NCBI GenBank assembly: GCA_963514005.1
Contig: OY740784.1
Coordinates: 73,904,001 to 73,968,000, forward strand
DNA: 64,000 nt
Origin: Raja brachyura
Taxonomy: Eukaryota
Direction of reading: 5' to 3'
A program made the translations under genes and the position numbers. Below the pieces are notes generated by a model that saw only the letters and a program-made list of their open reading frames with translations, was not told the DNA's origin and did not search any database. Shown piece by piece: positions 38,427 through 51,944 of the stretch; within the stretch, counting starts at the first letter, position 1, and every line of letters starts with the position of its first letter.

Positions 38427-40924
38427 CTCATCTAAATCTCTCTAACTGGTTATTCCTGCCTCTCTAGGACGATTGTCTGGTCTACTTTATAAACCTATCA
38501 ATAGAACGGAGGCAGGCGCATTGACCAATCAAGGCCGCTGTATGATTTTACAAGATTATGGTTGATTTTTTTTTTGAAATCCCAACATCATTTTCTTGTC
38601 CTACCCCAATATTCCTCGATTCCCCTAATATCTAGAATTTTTTGGCCCGAGCCAGATACGATAGTGGCATTTAAGCGGATTTCAACTGATACATGGATAT
38701 GGAGGGATGTCGATGATATAGAGGAGATTAGTTCAACTTGGCACCATGTTCGACACGGACGGTGTGTTGTACTGAGTGGGATAGGTTGAATGCAGCAGAT
38801 TAAAAATAATTTCCCTATTTTACCCATCAGAAGATAAACTTTGTGCAAATTTTAGACTGAGAAGTATATATGTGATCCCTTTATGCCTCTACCCACCAGG
38901 TAATAACTTGTCTCCATATTCTTCCTAGCAAAATGTACCACTTCACAGTTATCACTATTCCAGTATTTGTAAATGAGGCATGTCAAGTGCACACACTGTA
39001 ATCGTGTTAACAGCAAGTCGTGTGCGTGCTCCGGGGTGGATTTAGCAGCAGCTCGTAAGCATGACATTACTACTTCACCTTCCGCGGAGCTGATCACACC
39101 AACTTATTCGATGTTTATTATATTTTCTTTATCATAATTATTGCACAAAACTCAGACAAATAACTTCAGTAATTTGGATTTATTTTTTGTGATTGGGAAT
39201 CGGTTTCACTTTTCTGTCTAATCTCCGGATGAGATTAACGTAAGTGGCTGCAATTAGATAAAGCCAAATGACGAAGAAGGCAAGTAGGAGAGGATTGAAT
39301 TCCGGAAAGCGTGTTGTACAATTCCATGCTGGAAATTTTCAATACACATTGGGTTTATATTTCGGCGGTAAAATGGGATTGAGAGGGAAAGGTAAATCAG
39401 CCGCTATTGAATGGCAGATTAAAATTGATGGGCCGAATGGCCTATTTCTGCTGCTTGAATTTATAAATGTATGATATGAACTTGTATTTCATAGAACACA
39501 TAGTGCTGGAGTAACTCGGGGCCAGGCAGCATCTCTTGAGGACATGATAGGCGACATTTCATGTCGGGACACTTCTTGTATTACTGGACTTTGTATCTTT
39601 TAGCACGGGTGAATTCCGTTGGATAAATGAACCCACAAAATTCCAAAGCTAGATAAACGCGTTCGCCTGTTTGAGGAGATACAAGAGGCCCAATTCACCC
39701 CCAGCCCCTTCTCTGGCATCACGCCAGCGCGGTGTTCACGGGATTTCGGTCTCTGAAACGGCTGTTAAGGTTCAAATCCTCACAAACAATCTTCCCAGAA
39801 TTCACATTCACTTTCTTGAGAGGATGTCAATTCCTAGGTGAGATTCGAAAATATGACAGAGCAAAGAGATAAAGTCAGGCTTTCCATTGCGCTTGCTAGA
39901 TCATTTATGATATTTGTGAGTTTTAAGTTCCATTATGTATATTTTCTCGACGAAACTATCATTAACAGCATGCTTAATAAAAACTGTCGATTTATTAAAA
40001 CTTACCTTATTACACGCTTAGGTTTTACCAAGCAACATCCGCGGAAAGAGAAGCAGTAAACGTTGCAAGTCGAGGCCACTTCGAAATTAAACGTTATTTA
40101 TTTTTCTTTCATGTATGCTGCTTGGCTTTCTGATGGGTTTTTTTTCTATTGTTTCCGATTTACCGTATACGCAATTCTTTTTTTTTATTAGTCTCCTTTA
40201 GGGGCAGCTGCACTTTGTGTTAAAATTATCATGAACTCAAGCAATAGCATTAAACACTCACGGTGGATGTAAGGAAGATGGAGTGTGTAGTCACTGTCCC
40301 TAAAAAAGGTGCTAAATTGCAACTATTGGGAAGATTTAAAGTATAATGGATTAAAACATCTCCATGTCTTATTGTAGAGAGGCGTCAACATTAACCCCAC
40401 CTACACTTCACGCTATCGTGGGAAAGCATCGAACAAAAATCGGGGACTACTTTCACCATTGTCATTGCCCGCTTCTTCTATCGGATGAAATAAACAAAAG
40501 CTTGCGCACATACTATGAGATTCACAAACAGCTTCGTCCTTGCTATTATCAGATTACTGAATGTCCTCGCGTAAACTAGGATGTACTCCTGATCTACCAA
40601 ACTACGTCATTGGGAATCTTGTACTTTCTCTGCACCACTAATGCTGTACCACGATAATCTGCACTTTGATATTTTTTTCTCTTTGCACTGCCTGCTGTAC
40701 TTGTATATGGTTTAATTATACTTGTGCGTGGAATGATTTGCAATATAGCATGCAAATAAAGTATTTTACTGTATCTTGGTACATGTGACAAAAAACCAAC
40801 TCCTAAACATAACATTCAGCCTCACCATCAAACATTTCGAGTGTCATATTAATAATCACCATAAGCAAAATTAAACTGAAATTGATCTCGGTTGTTAAAT
40901 ACCCAGTTACTGGTGTACAATAGA

Positions 40925-41690
40925 TTAGAATACTTTCTTTATTGTCATTGTAACATGAACCATGTACAACGAAATTTAAAAATGTCAGCCAGTCAGTGCA
41001 ACATTCAAACCATAAAAGCTAACCATACATACAAGGTAAAATATTAAAAAGATGATAAACAACTAAAATAAATATGAAATATGAAAACAGCACGCATAAA
41101 CACCCAACCCAACATCCTTCTGTCGATTTCACAGCGTACCAACCACAGTCCCTTAGTCCCGGCGTTCCTTGGCGGCTACATTTAGTGCCTTTATAGCAGT
41201 GGGGTAAAAACTGTTTTTAAGTCTGTTTGCCCTTGGCCTTGTAGATCTGCACCGTCTGCCTGACGGCAACAGTTCAAACAGGGAGTGTCCGGGGTGGGAA
41301 ATGTCCTTTATAATATTCTGGGATTTTTTGATGCAGCGGGAACTGTGTAAGTCCTCCAAGGTAAGGAGAGGGCAGCCAACAATCCTCTGGACGTTGTCAA
41401 TGGCCCACTGGAGTGCTTTCCTCTGAGCCGCTGTGCAGCTGGTGTACCACACACATACACAGTGTGTTAGGATGCTCTCAATGGAGCACCGATAAAAGGA
41501 CAGCAGCAGTCTCTGTGATGGTATTCTTCCTGAGCACCCTCAGGAAGTGCAGTCTCTGCTGGACCTTTTTCAGCAGCGTAGAGGTGTTCCTGCTCCACGT
41601 CAGGTCCTCCTCAATATGGATTCCCAGGAAGCGGAAATCCGCCACCCTCTCCACACAGTCCCTTCTGATGATTAGTGGTACCATTTCCGT
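40925..41690 (-). mobile_element. Rex1/Babar-like LINE 3' fragment
   Basis: VERVADFRFLGIHIEEDLTWS...QQRLHFLRVLRK and HPGHSLFELLPSGRR motifs. Confidence 0.8.
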
Positions 41691-41852
41691 TGTCAACATT
41701 GGAATAGAGTTTTAGAGTGGTATTTGGTTAGAGTCATAGAGTGATACAGTGTGGAAACAGGCACTCCGGTCAACTAGCCGACGCCGGTCAACATGTCCCA
41801 GCTACACTAGTCCCACCTGCCTGCACTTGGTCCATTTCCCTCCAAACCTGTC

Positions 41853-42917
41853 ATAGAAACATAGAAATTAGGTGCAGGAGTAGGCCATTCGGCCCTTCCA
41901 GCCTGCACCGCCATTCAATATGATCATGGCTGATCATCCAACTCAGTATCCCGTACCTGCCTTCTCTCCATACCCTCTGATCCCCTTAGCCACAAGGGCC
42001 ACATCTAACTCCCTCTTAAATATAGCCAATGAACTGGCCTCAACTACCCTCTGTGGCAGAGAGTTCCAGAGACCCACCACTCTCTGTGTGAAAAAATTCC
42101 TTCTCATCTCGGTCCTAAAGGATTTCCCCCTTATCCTTAAGCTGTGACCCCTTGTCCTGGACCTCCCCAACATCGGGAACAATCTTCCTGCATCTAGCCT
42201 GTCCAACCCCTTAAGAATTTTGTAAGTTTCTATAAGATCCCCTTTCAATCTCCTAAATTCTAGAGAGTATAAACCGAGTCTATGCAGTCTTTGTTCATAA
42301 GACAGTCCTGACATCCCAGGAATCAGTCTGGTGAACCTTCTCTGCACTCCCTCTATGGCAATAATGTCCTTCCTCAGATTTGGAGACCAGAACTGTACGC
42401 AATACTCCAGGTGTGGCCTCACCAAGACCCTATACAACTGAAGTAGAACCTCCCTGCTCCTATACTCAAATCCTTTTGCTATGAAAGCTAACATACCATT
42501 CGCTTTCTTCACTGCCTGCTGTACCTGCATGCCTGCTTTCAATGACTGGTGTACCATGACACCCAGGTCGCGCTGCATCTCCCCTTTTCCTAATCGGCCT
42601 CCATTTAGATAATAGTCTGTTTTCCTATTTTTGCCACCAAAGTGGATAACCTCACATTTATCCACATTATACTGCATCTGCCAAACATTTGCCCACTCAC
42701 CCAGCCTATCCAAGTCACCTTGCAGTCTCCTAGCATCCTCCTCACAGCTAACACTGCCCCACAGCTTAGTGTCATCCGCAAACTTGGAGATATTGCCTTC
42801 AATCCCCTCATCCAGATCATTTATGTATATTGTAAATAGCTGGGGTCCCAGCACTGAGCCTTGCGGTACCCCACTAGTCACTGCCTGCCATTGTGAAAAC
42901 GACCCGTTTACTCCTAC
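41853..42917 (-). mobile_element. Young CR1 LINE 3' fragment inserted in an older CR1
   Basis: Intact 312-aa RT C-terminal ORF (41943-42881), with CTGTC on both sides. Confidence 0.95.
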
Positions 42918-44100
42918 TCTGTCCTATCCATTTACCTGTCTGACTGCTTCTTAAACGTTGGGATAGCCCAACCACAACTATCTCCTCTGGCAGTTTGTTC
43001 TATACACCCACCACCCTTTGTGTGAAAACGTTACCCCTCAGATTTTGATTAAATCTTTTCCCTTCACCTTGAACCTATGTCCGCTGGTCCTCAATTCCCC
43101 CACTCTGGGCAGGAGACTCTGTGCATCTACCCGATCTAGTCCTCTCATGGTTTTGTACACCTCTATAAGATCACCCCTCATTCTCCTGCACTCCAAGGAA
43201 TAGACCCAGCTTACTCAACCTCGCCCTATAACGCACACCCTCTAATCCAAGCAACATCCTCGTAAATCTTCTCTGAACACTTTCAAGCTTGACAATATCT
43301 TTCCTATACCATGGTGCCCAGAACTGAACACAATATTCTAAATGCTGTCTCACCAATGTCTTATACAACTGCAACATGGCCTCCCAACTTCCATACTCTA
43401 TACTCTGACTGATGAAGGCCAATGTGCCAAAAGCCTTTTTGACCACCTTACCTACCAGGGACTCAAGGAACCATGCATCTGCCTTCCTAGATCCCTCTGC
43501 TGTACAACACTCCCCAGAGGCCTACCATTCAAAGTGTAGGTCCAGTGTTCTTGTTCGACATCCCAAATTGCAAATCCTCACACATCTCTGTATTAAATTT
43601 CATCAACCAATCTCAGCCAGCTGGCCAATCAATCCAGATCCTGCTGCAATCTTTCACAACCATCTTCACTATCTGCAAACCCACCCACTTTTGTATCATC
43701 AGCAAACTTGCTAATCTTGCTCTGTATGTTCTCATCCAAATTGATGTAGATGACAAACAGTAATAGGCCCAGCACCAACCCCGAGGCACACCACTAGTCA
43801 TAGGTCTCCAGTCCGAGAAGCAACCTTCCACCATCACTGTCTGCTTCCTCCCATGGAGCCAATTTGCTATCCATTCAGCTATCTCTCATTGGATCCCATG
43901 CCTTCCAGATCAGCCTACCATGCGGAACCTTGCCAAATGCCTTACTGAAATCCACGTACACAACATCTACAGCTCTGCCCTCCTCGACCTTTTTGGTCAC
44001 GTCTTCACCACACGTGAGACACGACCTCCCACTACAAAACCATGCTGACTATCCCTAATCAGCCCTTGCACGTCCAAATGCCTGTATAACCTATCCCTCA
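42918..44100 (-). mobile_element. Older CR1 LINE fragment
   Basis: HLEYCVQFWAP and TSGVP remnants. Its 3' tail is at ~41730-41852. Confidence 0.85.
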
Positions 44101-45846
44101 GTTTGAAAATGTACAGGCTTTTATTACCAAACCCTACGTTCCCTCTTATTGAAAAGCATCAAGCTGCAACCAAGACAAACGTCCCAAATTCTCTCGGAAC
44201 CTGGTCGATGTATTTAGGTGTAACGTAAAATAACAATAAGGGAGTGCACCAGCTTTGTTTTCCCATTCTGGATTAGCCGATGGCCAGCACATTGGAAGGT
44301 GCCGAGACGAACAAACTCTTAATGTAGGGAATGTCTGGTGTAACTTTGCAAAATGATGTTCTGTTTCCAGCATTTTGTTTTTACTTCAGGCTTCCAGCAC
44401 TTAAGGATTATTTAATCACTGATATCTGTGCCGGGGTTAAAGGGATCGACTTGAGATGTTGCAAGGAGTTTGTTTGTGCGGCCACTGGCCATGTAATATA
44501 AATATTATAACCTTAATCCGTTCACTTCTTGCCGTTTCCGAGAGAGTGTTTTGCGTTCGGTGCAGTCAATTGCAATTAAATCTCATTTATCATTTTGTAA
44601 AAAAGCATCGTTATATCACTATACTCGTTTGGCAAGAGGCCAATGTCAAATAAGTTAAAGTAATATATATAAAGGGATAGAATTGCTGATGTCGGGTTGG
44701 AACAATAGTGTCGTGAAGTTCAATATAAATCATTTCAAATCGAACATTTTCGATTCCATGTGCAAAGTGCCAAAGTAACTAACTCAACGGGTCTACCTGA
44801 CCCACTGACTTACTCAAGCACTTTGTGTTTTGCTCGATTCCCAACAGTTGCATTTCCCTATGTTTCAATTTAAAGTGACCGGGGTGCTTTGGCGTTGATG
44901 AGTTTTTAGCAATTTTGACCATGTCTGCAAACCAACCGGGGCCAGAGAGATATAGATGAGCGAGGTTAGCTATTATTTTGGAAAACTCGAGATACATTGG
45001 AATTAATGGTCATGGGGAATGTTCTTCTCATCGAGTCCACATTGCAAGATTAGAAATTATTCGGCCACAGCTGAACACACTTATCGGCATCTGCTGCGAT
45101 CGCGACCTGCGCTTTTTGTGCTTCTTGTGCGTGGTGGTGGAAAGTTTGGTGGAAACAGGGCCGTGACGTGAACGCTCTTTCCTTGACCCCTGGGATTTAC
45201 TGAGAGTCAAGTTTTGATACTTGTCTGACGAAACAATGAACAGCATATGCTGGTTTACACAAAAAAAAAACAAAATGCTGGAGCAGCTCAGCGGATCCAG
45301 GCAGCATCTCAGGAGAGCATGGATCGGTGACGTTTCGAGTTGGGACGATTCTTTAGTCCCGACCCGAAATGTCACCTATCCATGGTGGTGGTGAGAAGTT
45401 CTCCAGAGATCCCGCGTGACCCACTGTTTTACTCCAGCACTTTGTGGCTTTTTTTTACCCTTGCCCCGCGCCTCGGTATTTCCATCCAGTCCTGGACCCG
45501 GTTGTTCAATTATTTGATTGGTAAAAGACTACTTTTCAGGCAAATGGTATCGTAATTTAACAAATTGGCGGAAGTTGTCGGAAGCAGTTCAGAAAATGTT
45601 TACTGGTATCCGCTGGATTTTAGAAGAGTGAGCGAAGATTGGGTTGAAATATACAAGAAACCGAGGGACCTTAACCGGGCGGATGTAAAGAGGTTATTTT
45701 CTCTCTTGGGAACATCTAGAACTAGGTGTCCCCTGTTAAAAAATGGCGGATCGCCCATTAAGTCAGAGATGAGGGGATTTGTATTTCTCTCGAGGAGGGG
45801 GTGGAAGCATAGCTTTTGAATAATTTCAGGTCGAGATAGATAGACT

Positions 45847-45933
45847 GGGGTCTCGACCCGAAACGTCGCCTATCTCCTTCGCTCCTTAGATGCTGCTGCA
45901 CCCGCTGAGTTTCTCCAGCTTTTTGTGTAACCC
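45847..45933 (+). mobile_element. 87-bp Penelope pLTR mini-insertion
   Basis: Matches the pLTR at 36956-37041. TSD ATAGATAGACT at 45836-45846 and 45934-45944. Confidence 0.85.
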
Positions 45934-46288
45934 ATAGATAGACTATTTATGAGCAGGTGAGTGAAAAGTTGCCGGTGGTGGTGTTGGGGGGCGGAGATTA
46001 CAGTCAGAATAACCATGCTCCGCATTTATCAGAGAGCTACATTGTCGAAAGTGCGTCGCTGTGATGAATCTTTATGCAGTGGGCCTCTATTATCAGAGAC
46101 GTGTCTTGACGAACAACGTTCCACCTGATGATTACCTAGTCTATTTCATGGGTATATTCCTACAAGTTAGCTGCTAATTCCCAATGTAATATTTCGTGCT
46201 TCCTGGATTTTATTTATTTCGGAAATAAACAACTCACCGGTCACAGAGCAAAGCATTCAAAAATTCTAAAGTCAATCTTACCAACTCG

Positions 46289-46294
46289 TTTATT
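46289..46294 (-). terminator. Candidate TRGC polyadenylation signal AATAAA
   Basis: TTTATT on the + strand about 350 nt past the TRGC stop. Another copy lies near 46210. Confidence 0.45.
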
Positions 46295-46643
46295 GTCCGA
46301 TTTATAGAATGATACATGCAGAATCACATGATTTTTTTTAAGGCGGCAAATTAATGTTAGCAAAGATTTCAGCAATAAAAGTGATTTGGTGAACACCTAA
46401 CCGGCACCCCCACAACAGTCTATCTGGCATTAGATTAACGCTGCTCGTTCTCTGTATTTTGCACTATAATCACCTGGATATATGCTTCAACACGCGGCTT
46501 TCATTAGCCTCTTACAAGCCAACACATATTTTGCAACAGGATGTACAATCCCTTTGTACGTAACGAAGACATAGACTGAAGCTGACAATGAAATGGAAGA
46601 CATTTATCAAAATGTACAATGTACAAAATGTACAAAATACGAG

Positions 46644-46777
46644 TTACAATGGCTTCTTCGTGCCCCAGTATTCCATCTTGTAAAGTATGCACGAGATGAT
46701 ACCGCAGTACAACACACTCTTCATCAACAGAATGGTATATGTCAATGTCGCGACTTGCAGTGAGCTCACTGGTATTC
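46644..46777 (-). CDS. TRGC: TCR gamma constant exon 3 (transmembrane + cytoplasmic)
   Basis: cacctag|(G)IPVSSLQVATLTYTILLMKSVLYCGIISCILYKMEYWGTKKPL*. It carries the TCR beta/gamma-type TM motif Y-xx-LL-x-KS-xx-Y with the CD3-pairing Lys. Confidence 0.93.
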
Positions 46778-48355
46778 CTAGGTGGAATTGGAAAATGCAA
46801 AAATCGTTAGCTTCCGGTTTATTAGCAGAAATTACGATTCTAAGTATTTACAGATATATTTTGCTGTTTTTCGAAGCGATGGCGTGTATAACGCCACTAT
46901 AAAAATAAGATTAGCGAACGTTTGGGCAAATGTCTCCAACAATGTCAACTTCCCATGATCAGTGGCTCAATTCGGCATATTTTCTATTCAGGATGGATGT
47001 AATGTTGAAATGAATGTAATGTTTACCTGCTTTGCTGGTACAAGCGAAATTAGTGTCACCATACATATTCAATGATGGTGTTGAGTTTTCTAAATATGGA
47101 CGTATTATATACAGCAAATAAACGGGAAAATCTACCCAACTAATTCATGCTCGTGTTCGTGTTGTTTTTTTTAATTACAATTTCGTGGACGTCTTAAAAT
47201 AGAAATGTCCTTTAATGATACATGTCTACATGTATGTAATGGTTTGCCTGCCATCCTTTCCCCAACTTTTAACATGCGCAGGTATAATCCACGTGAGCCA
47301 ACAGACTCACAATTCATTACTTAATAACTTATTTCTTAAACGTGTTTATTTTCTTATGTGATTTAATCTCATGTTATATCAACCCATTTACATCTTTGTA
47401 AGTACGTGGGTAAAACGATATTAAAAATATTGTACTACTTTGATGTTTTATTGGGTGAGTGTATGAAGATGTGCCCCTTATGGTACTTCGTATTTCACTG
47501 TACTTTAATTGGTACATGTGACAATAAATTGACCTTGAAACGTTGAAGATGTGCCCCTTAATGACAGTGATCGACGGGGTTATGGTGGGGAAAGAATGGT
47601 TTGTTTCTGTGACCCAATGACTACACCTACAGTGTCTTGGTAGCTTCGGTCGTTCTTATGTGTTTGCAAACTTCTTTATTTCTTTTACATTTCTCGTTAA
47701 CTTAATTTTGGCGTTTCTAATTGCCTTTTCAACTAACCCTCTCTCCATATTTGCTAATCTATTTCTATTCCTTTTCATCGTCCTCACTCTTGTTCGTGCA
47801 CCGAATATAACGATTTCCTTCAGTTTTCATTTTCTTCAATTCTTCAACTGGATAGTTTGATCGTGCATTTAAATTGTGTATCTTTCTGTGTTGACCGTGA
47901 CTTCAACTGTGTTACATTGCGGTGTCCTTTGTAATAAAATTTATATTTTAAAATGTCAAAATACATTCCAGTTTATTTGTGTCCGTTCCATTCTAATTCT
48001 GATTTTCTGAGCAACCTGTTACAATAAGCAGGTCTATCTTTCATTTCTTTCCACAAATGGATATTGCTGGATACCTATCTAAGCCGCTTCAAATGACAGT
48101 GGGGGTCAGCCGATTGTACCTTAGTTGGTACATGTGACATAAACGCTTGTCCTCATTGTCACCTTGCTCTTTCTAAGGACATTACATGAACCGCCCCGTC
48201 CTGTGACAAGGTAAAGATTGCGTTGATTATTTCCCTGTGCTGATAATTGGCAGATTTATTGAGCTATAGTATCACCATTTGAGAGGCTACGATATTTGAC
48301 CCGGCTAGGAGCCGAATAATACCCGGACCATCGTTTGATTTAGAACAGGAATTAC

Positions 48356-48433
48356 CTTCTTCCGTGTTCTCCTGTAATTCCTGGACACTCGGCGGGCAGG
48401 TGGGACCTCCAGGATTACCAGCATTGGGAACCT
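48356..48433 (-). CDS. TRGC: TCR gamma constant exon 2 (connecting peptide)
   Basis: ctttag|(E)VPNAGNPGGPTCPPSVQELQENTEE+G|gtaatt; 78 nt, phase 1-1, with a single interchain Cys. Confidence 0.85.
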
Positions 48434-48557
48434 CTAAAGGGTCGTAAAGAAATACAGAAACATTCATTGGAAATAATCGACAAATTCCGCAACGCGGGGC
48501 TGGATTGGAATAAGGAAATGAAACGCGCGAGCAGCCAGGAATTGATGTCCAGGCTTA

Positions 48558-48637
48558 CACAAAAAGCTGGAGAAACTCAGCGGGTGCAGCAGCATCTAAG
48601 GAGCGAAGGAGATAGGCGACGTTTCGGGTCGAGACCC
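48558..48637 (-). mobile_element. 80-bp Penelope pLTR mini-insertion in TRGC intron 1
   Basis: TSD TGTCCAGGCTTA at 48546-48557 and 48638-48649. Confidence 0.85.
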
Positions 48638-49240
48638 TGTCCAGGCTTATGGGGAGAAGGGAGGGGAATGCGGTTTGCAGGAAGAGACAGATAACCATAT
48701 AACCATATAACAATTACAGCACGGAAACAGGCCTTCTCGGCCCTTCCAGTCCGTGCCGACCATTTATTTTCCCCTAGTCCCATCTACCTGCACTCAGAAC
48801 ATACCCCTCCATTCCCTTCCCGTCCATATACCTATCCACGAGATCAGCTATGACTGAATGGCGTAGACCTGAGGGGCCGAATGGCCCAATTCTGCCGTTG
48901 TTACTATCGGGAGAACACTACGAAATTAAATGACTCTCCAATGAAAGGTTGCCATATTTCCGTTCTGAATTTCAAGTGTGAGAGTATTTCTCGATCCATT
49001 TGTAACACTAAACGCCTGCCGAATCCTGGATCTGGATCTTAATTCACATATATAGCATGAAACAGGAAAGTACATCTGGTGTCGGCGATATCAGAACCGA
49101 TGTAGTTACCAAAAAAAAGACTATTATTGTTGGATGCAATTGGTATATATTTATATAGAAAGTAATTGTGGGGTGGAAGATTGCAACCTTCACGTGGTCC
49201 GCCCTGTTTCAACTAATGCAATCAACTCGACGTGCACAAA

Positions 49241-49594
49241 NNNNNNNNNNNNNNNNNNNNNNNNNNNNNNNNNNNNNNNNNNNNNNNNNNNNNNNNNNNN
49301 NNNNNNNNNNNNNNNNNNNNNNNNNNNNNNNNNNNNNNNNNNNNNNNNNNNNNNNNNNNNNNNNNNNNNNNNNNNNNNNNNNNNNNNNNNNNNNNNNNNN
49401 NNNNNNNNNNNNNNNNNNNNNNNNNNNNNNNNNNNNNNNNNNNNNNNNNNNNNNNNNNNNNNNNNNNNNNNNNNNNNNNNNNNNNNNNNNNNNNNNNNNN
49501 NNNNNNNNNNNNNNNNNNNNNNNNNNNNNNNNNNNNNNNNNNNNNNNNNNNNNNNNNNNNNNNNNNNNNNNNNNNNNNNNNNNNNNNNNNNNNN
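49241..49594. other. Assembly gap (354 N) in TRGC intron 1
   Basis: Run of N. Confidence 1.
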
Positions 49595-49929
49595 TATATA
49601 AAATTAGAAATAAAAGAGTGTACCCCACCAGAATTATGTTGTGAGTATTGGGTTCTGACCGACGCAAGGTACGAAGGGGAAAGGGGGTCGGAGGGAAAGG
49701 AGCGAGTCTGGCGGGAAACTTCATTCCGATTGACCCAGCGTGAGCGTTATTTGGGCAGCAACTATGTAATGTTATTATCGCTGCTATGGGGGGGGGGGGG
49801 GGGGGGGGGCGTCTGGTGGTTAAACTGCACTTTGAAGTGTTTGGTCTAAGATTTAAATTTAGGAGAGCTGGTGAATTAAATGGATTTGCAAACATTCTGC
49901 CACATTGGCCGCGGAGCCTAGGACAGTAC

Positions 49930-50250
49930 CGTATTTTGAATCCTTTGTAATCTTTAATCCTGGGACGTCGATTTCATGTTTCGCGTGGCAAGTAATGGGT
50001 TGATCTCGCCATTGCAGCTTGCTGACACTGAGTCGGCTAATCAGCGAATAAGTATTTCCTTTCTCCATTTTCGTCACCGAATCCGTCTCAACGTTATCGT
50101 TCTGCACCACGTCACCGATTTTCCACTCGACCTTTATCACCTCGGGGAAGAAGTCGGTCATCAGGCAGACCACAACGGATTTGCTAGTGGCGCGCAGCTC
50201 ATCGCTCGACGGCGGGAAAAGACGGATTTTCGGAGCCTTGGGCGTTTCAT
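49930..50250 (-). CDS. TRGC: TCR gamma constant exon 1 (Ig C1 domain)
   Basis: aatcag|(D)ETPKAPKIRLFPPS...VVVCLMTDFFPEVIKVEW...YSLISRLSV...ITCHAKHE...KY+G|gtactg; 321 nt, phase 1-1. It has the C1-set Cys-Trp-Cys and lies next to STARD3NL as TRG does. Confidence 0.95.
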
Positions 50251-51944
50251 CTGATTGTAAAATATATTCTGCATTAAAGTGATTATAAATTCCAATAATC
50301 GCGCTGAAAATCAGCGGCTGCACATGTGAGAAAACAGTTAGAAATTTAACACCGACAAATCTGAGGGGATTCACTTTGCAAAGAATAAACATAATGAGAT
50401 TATCTAAAATTATAGCAATGTTGAGATTAAACAGACAAGTGCTTCCAATTCTGGGAGCGCCGGAGATTGGGTGGATTTAAAGAGCTGTGGAAAGGGATTT
50501 AACACCTGTCCGACATGCTGAATGTCCTTGTCCTCAAAGTCATACAGTGGATTTGTGAATACCACGAATTTGACCGCCATTAGATATCTATGCTAATCCG
50601 ATTTTCCACCACTTGGCGCACAATTTCAATGCTCACCCAATAATTTCCCTGACAACAAGAGGCCCTGTCGCCACGAACCCTTCTCGTGGTGTGCATTCCA
50701 GATTTCAACCACCATTTGAGTGACACTTTTTCCTTCATATCGTCTTCAACACTTTATTTTTTAATAAATGCACTGCTATTGTAGGGACTGGTTTACCTAC
50801 GCGGCCAATGTGCCACCACATTTTGTGGACGTCAAGCAGGTCCCGCATCACCTGTCTCAACTCCCAGTGGAATGAACCCAGCCTCTCCATTTTCCTCTCG
50901 TAACTCAATCGTTTCTTCCCAAGCTACATCTCATTGCACCCTTCATGACCAATCGTGTTCTTCCCATGGCGCGCCGACCGAAATATGCACAAATATTCCA
51001 GCGGTGTCTTAACTAGTCTTTTATATACACGTATCATTATCTCTCTGCTTTTATATTATATACCCCGGCTGATGAAGGCAAGTAGTCTTCCTAACGACTT
51101 TAGTAACTCGTGTTGCTGGTTATAGACATATGTACGGAGACACCACGATTCATCAATACATTCACTGTTCCCATCAATCGTTGGGTATGCCCTAGCCTTA
51201 ATAGTCCCAGAATATATGATTTCATTTTTGATCCAGTATTAAATTGCATTAGCCATTTCTTTGCACATCTGATGAATGGATCCTCACCATTCAGAACACT
51301 GTCGACCTTGGTGTCGGCAGCAAACTCGCTATTCATATACACCAAAAAACAAAGGTCCAGGCACTAATCCAAGGTTTCCAATTTGAAAAATACCCTTCCA
51401 TTACCGCCCCTACCTCATATTATCAAGCACAATTTAGTCCAAATTCCCGTATTACCCTGGATATCAGGAGAGGCATTTCTCCACAGCTTTACTGTCTGGC
51501 ATTTTCAATTTAGAACTAGTGCCATTGCAGTTCACAGAAGCTATAACTCGGTCGAATTTACGGGTTAATATCTTGGGTAGCAGCAACTCTGGGCTTTCCA
51601 CTAAAATAAATGAATCAATTTCTGAACCGGGCGAACTACTCTGCTGGAAATCCCGATACAACCTCCGCCTTAAGACCGGGTCCTGGGTTTTTTCCTTTCC
51701 TCACAACCATCTCTCTGGGGTTTGCAAGACTTCAAACTGATAACCTGGTCAAATTATACCCGCGGCTACCTTGTGTGCAAGCTGCTACGGAACATAGAGC
51801 GTGCTTTCCGCGATCACAAGGATTTGCAAGAGATTCGACATCCGCAATTCACCATTTTTTCGCCGTCAAAGAGCCCAGAAAGTCTCACTGAAACCCAATT
51901 TTGTAAGTCGGTTAAATCTTCTGCCATTTTCAATGAAAATTAAT

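Noticed and set aside
47660-47860. Hydrophobic ORF as a possible TRGC transmembrane exon
   Set aside because: It is on the wrong strand and the opposite strand resembles a CR1 ORF2 remnant. The real TM exon is 46644-46777.
49134-49895. ORFs of 155-228 aa
   Set aside because: They are generated by the N gap.
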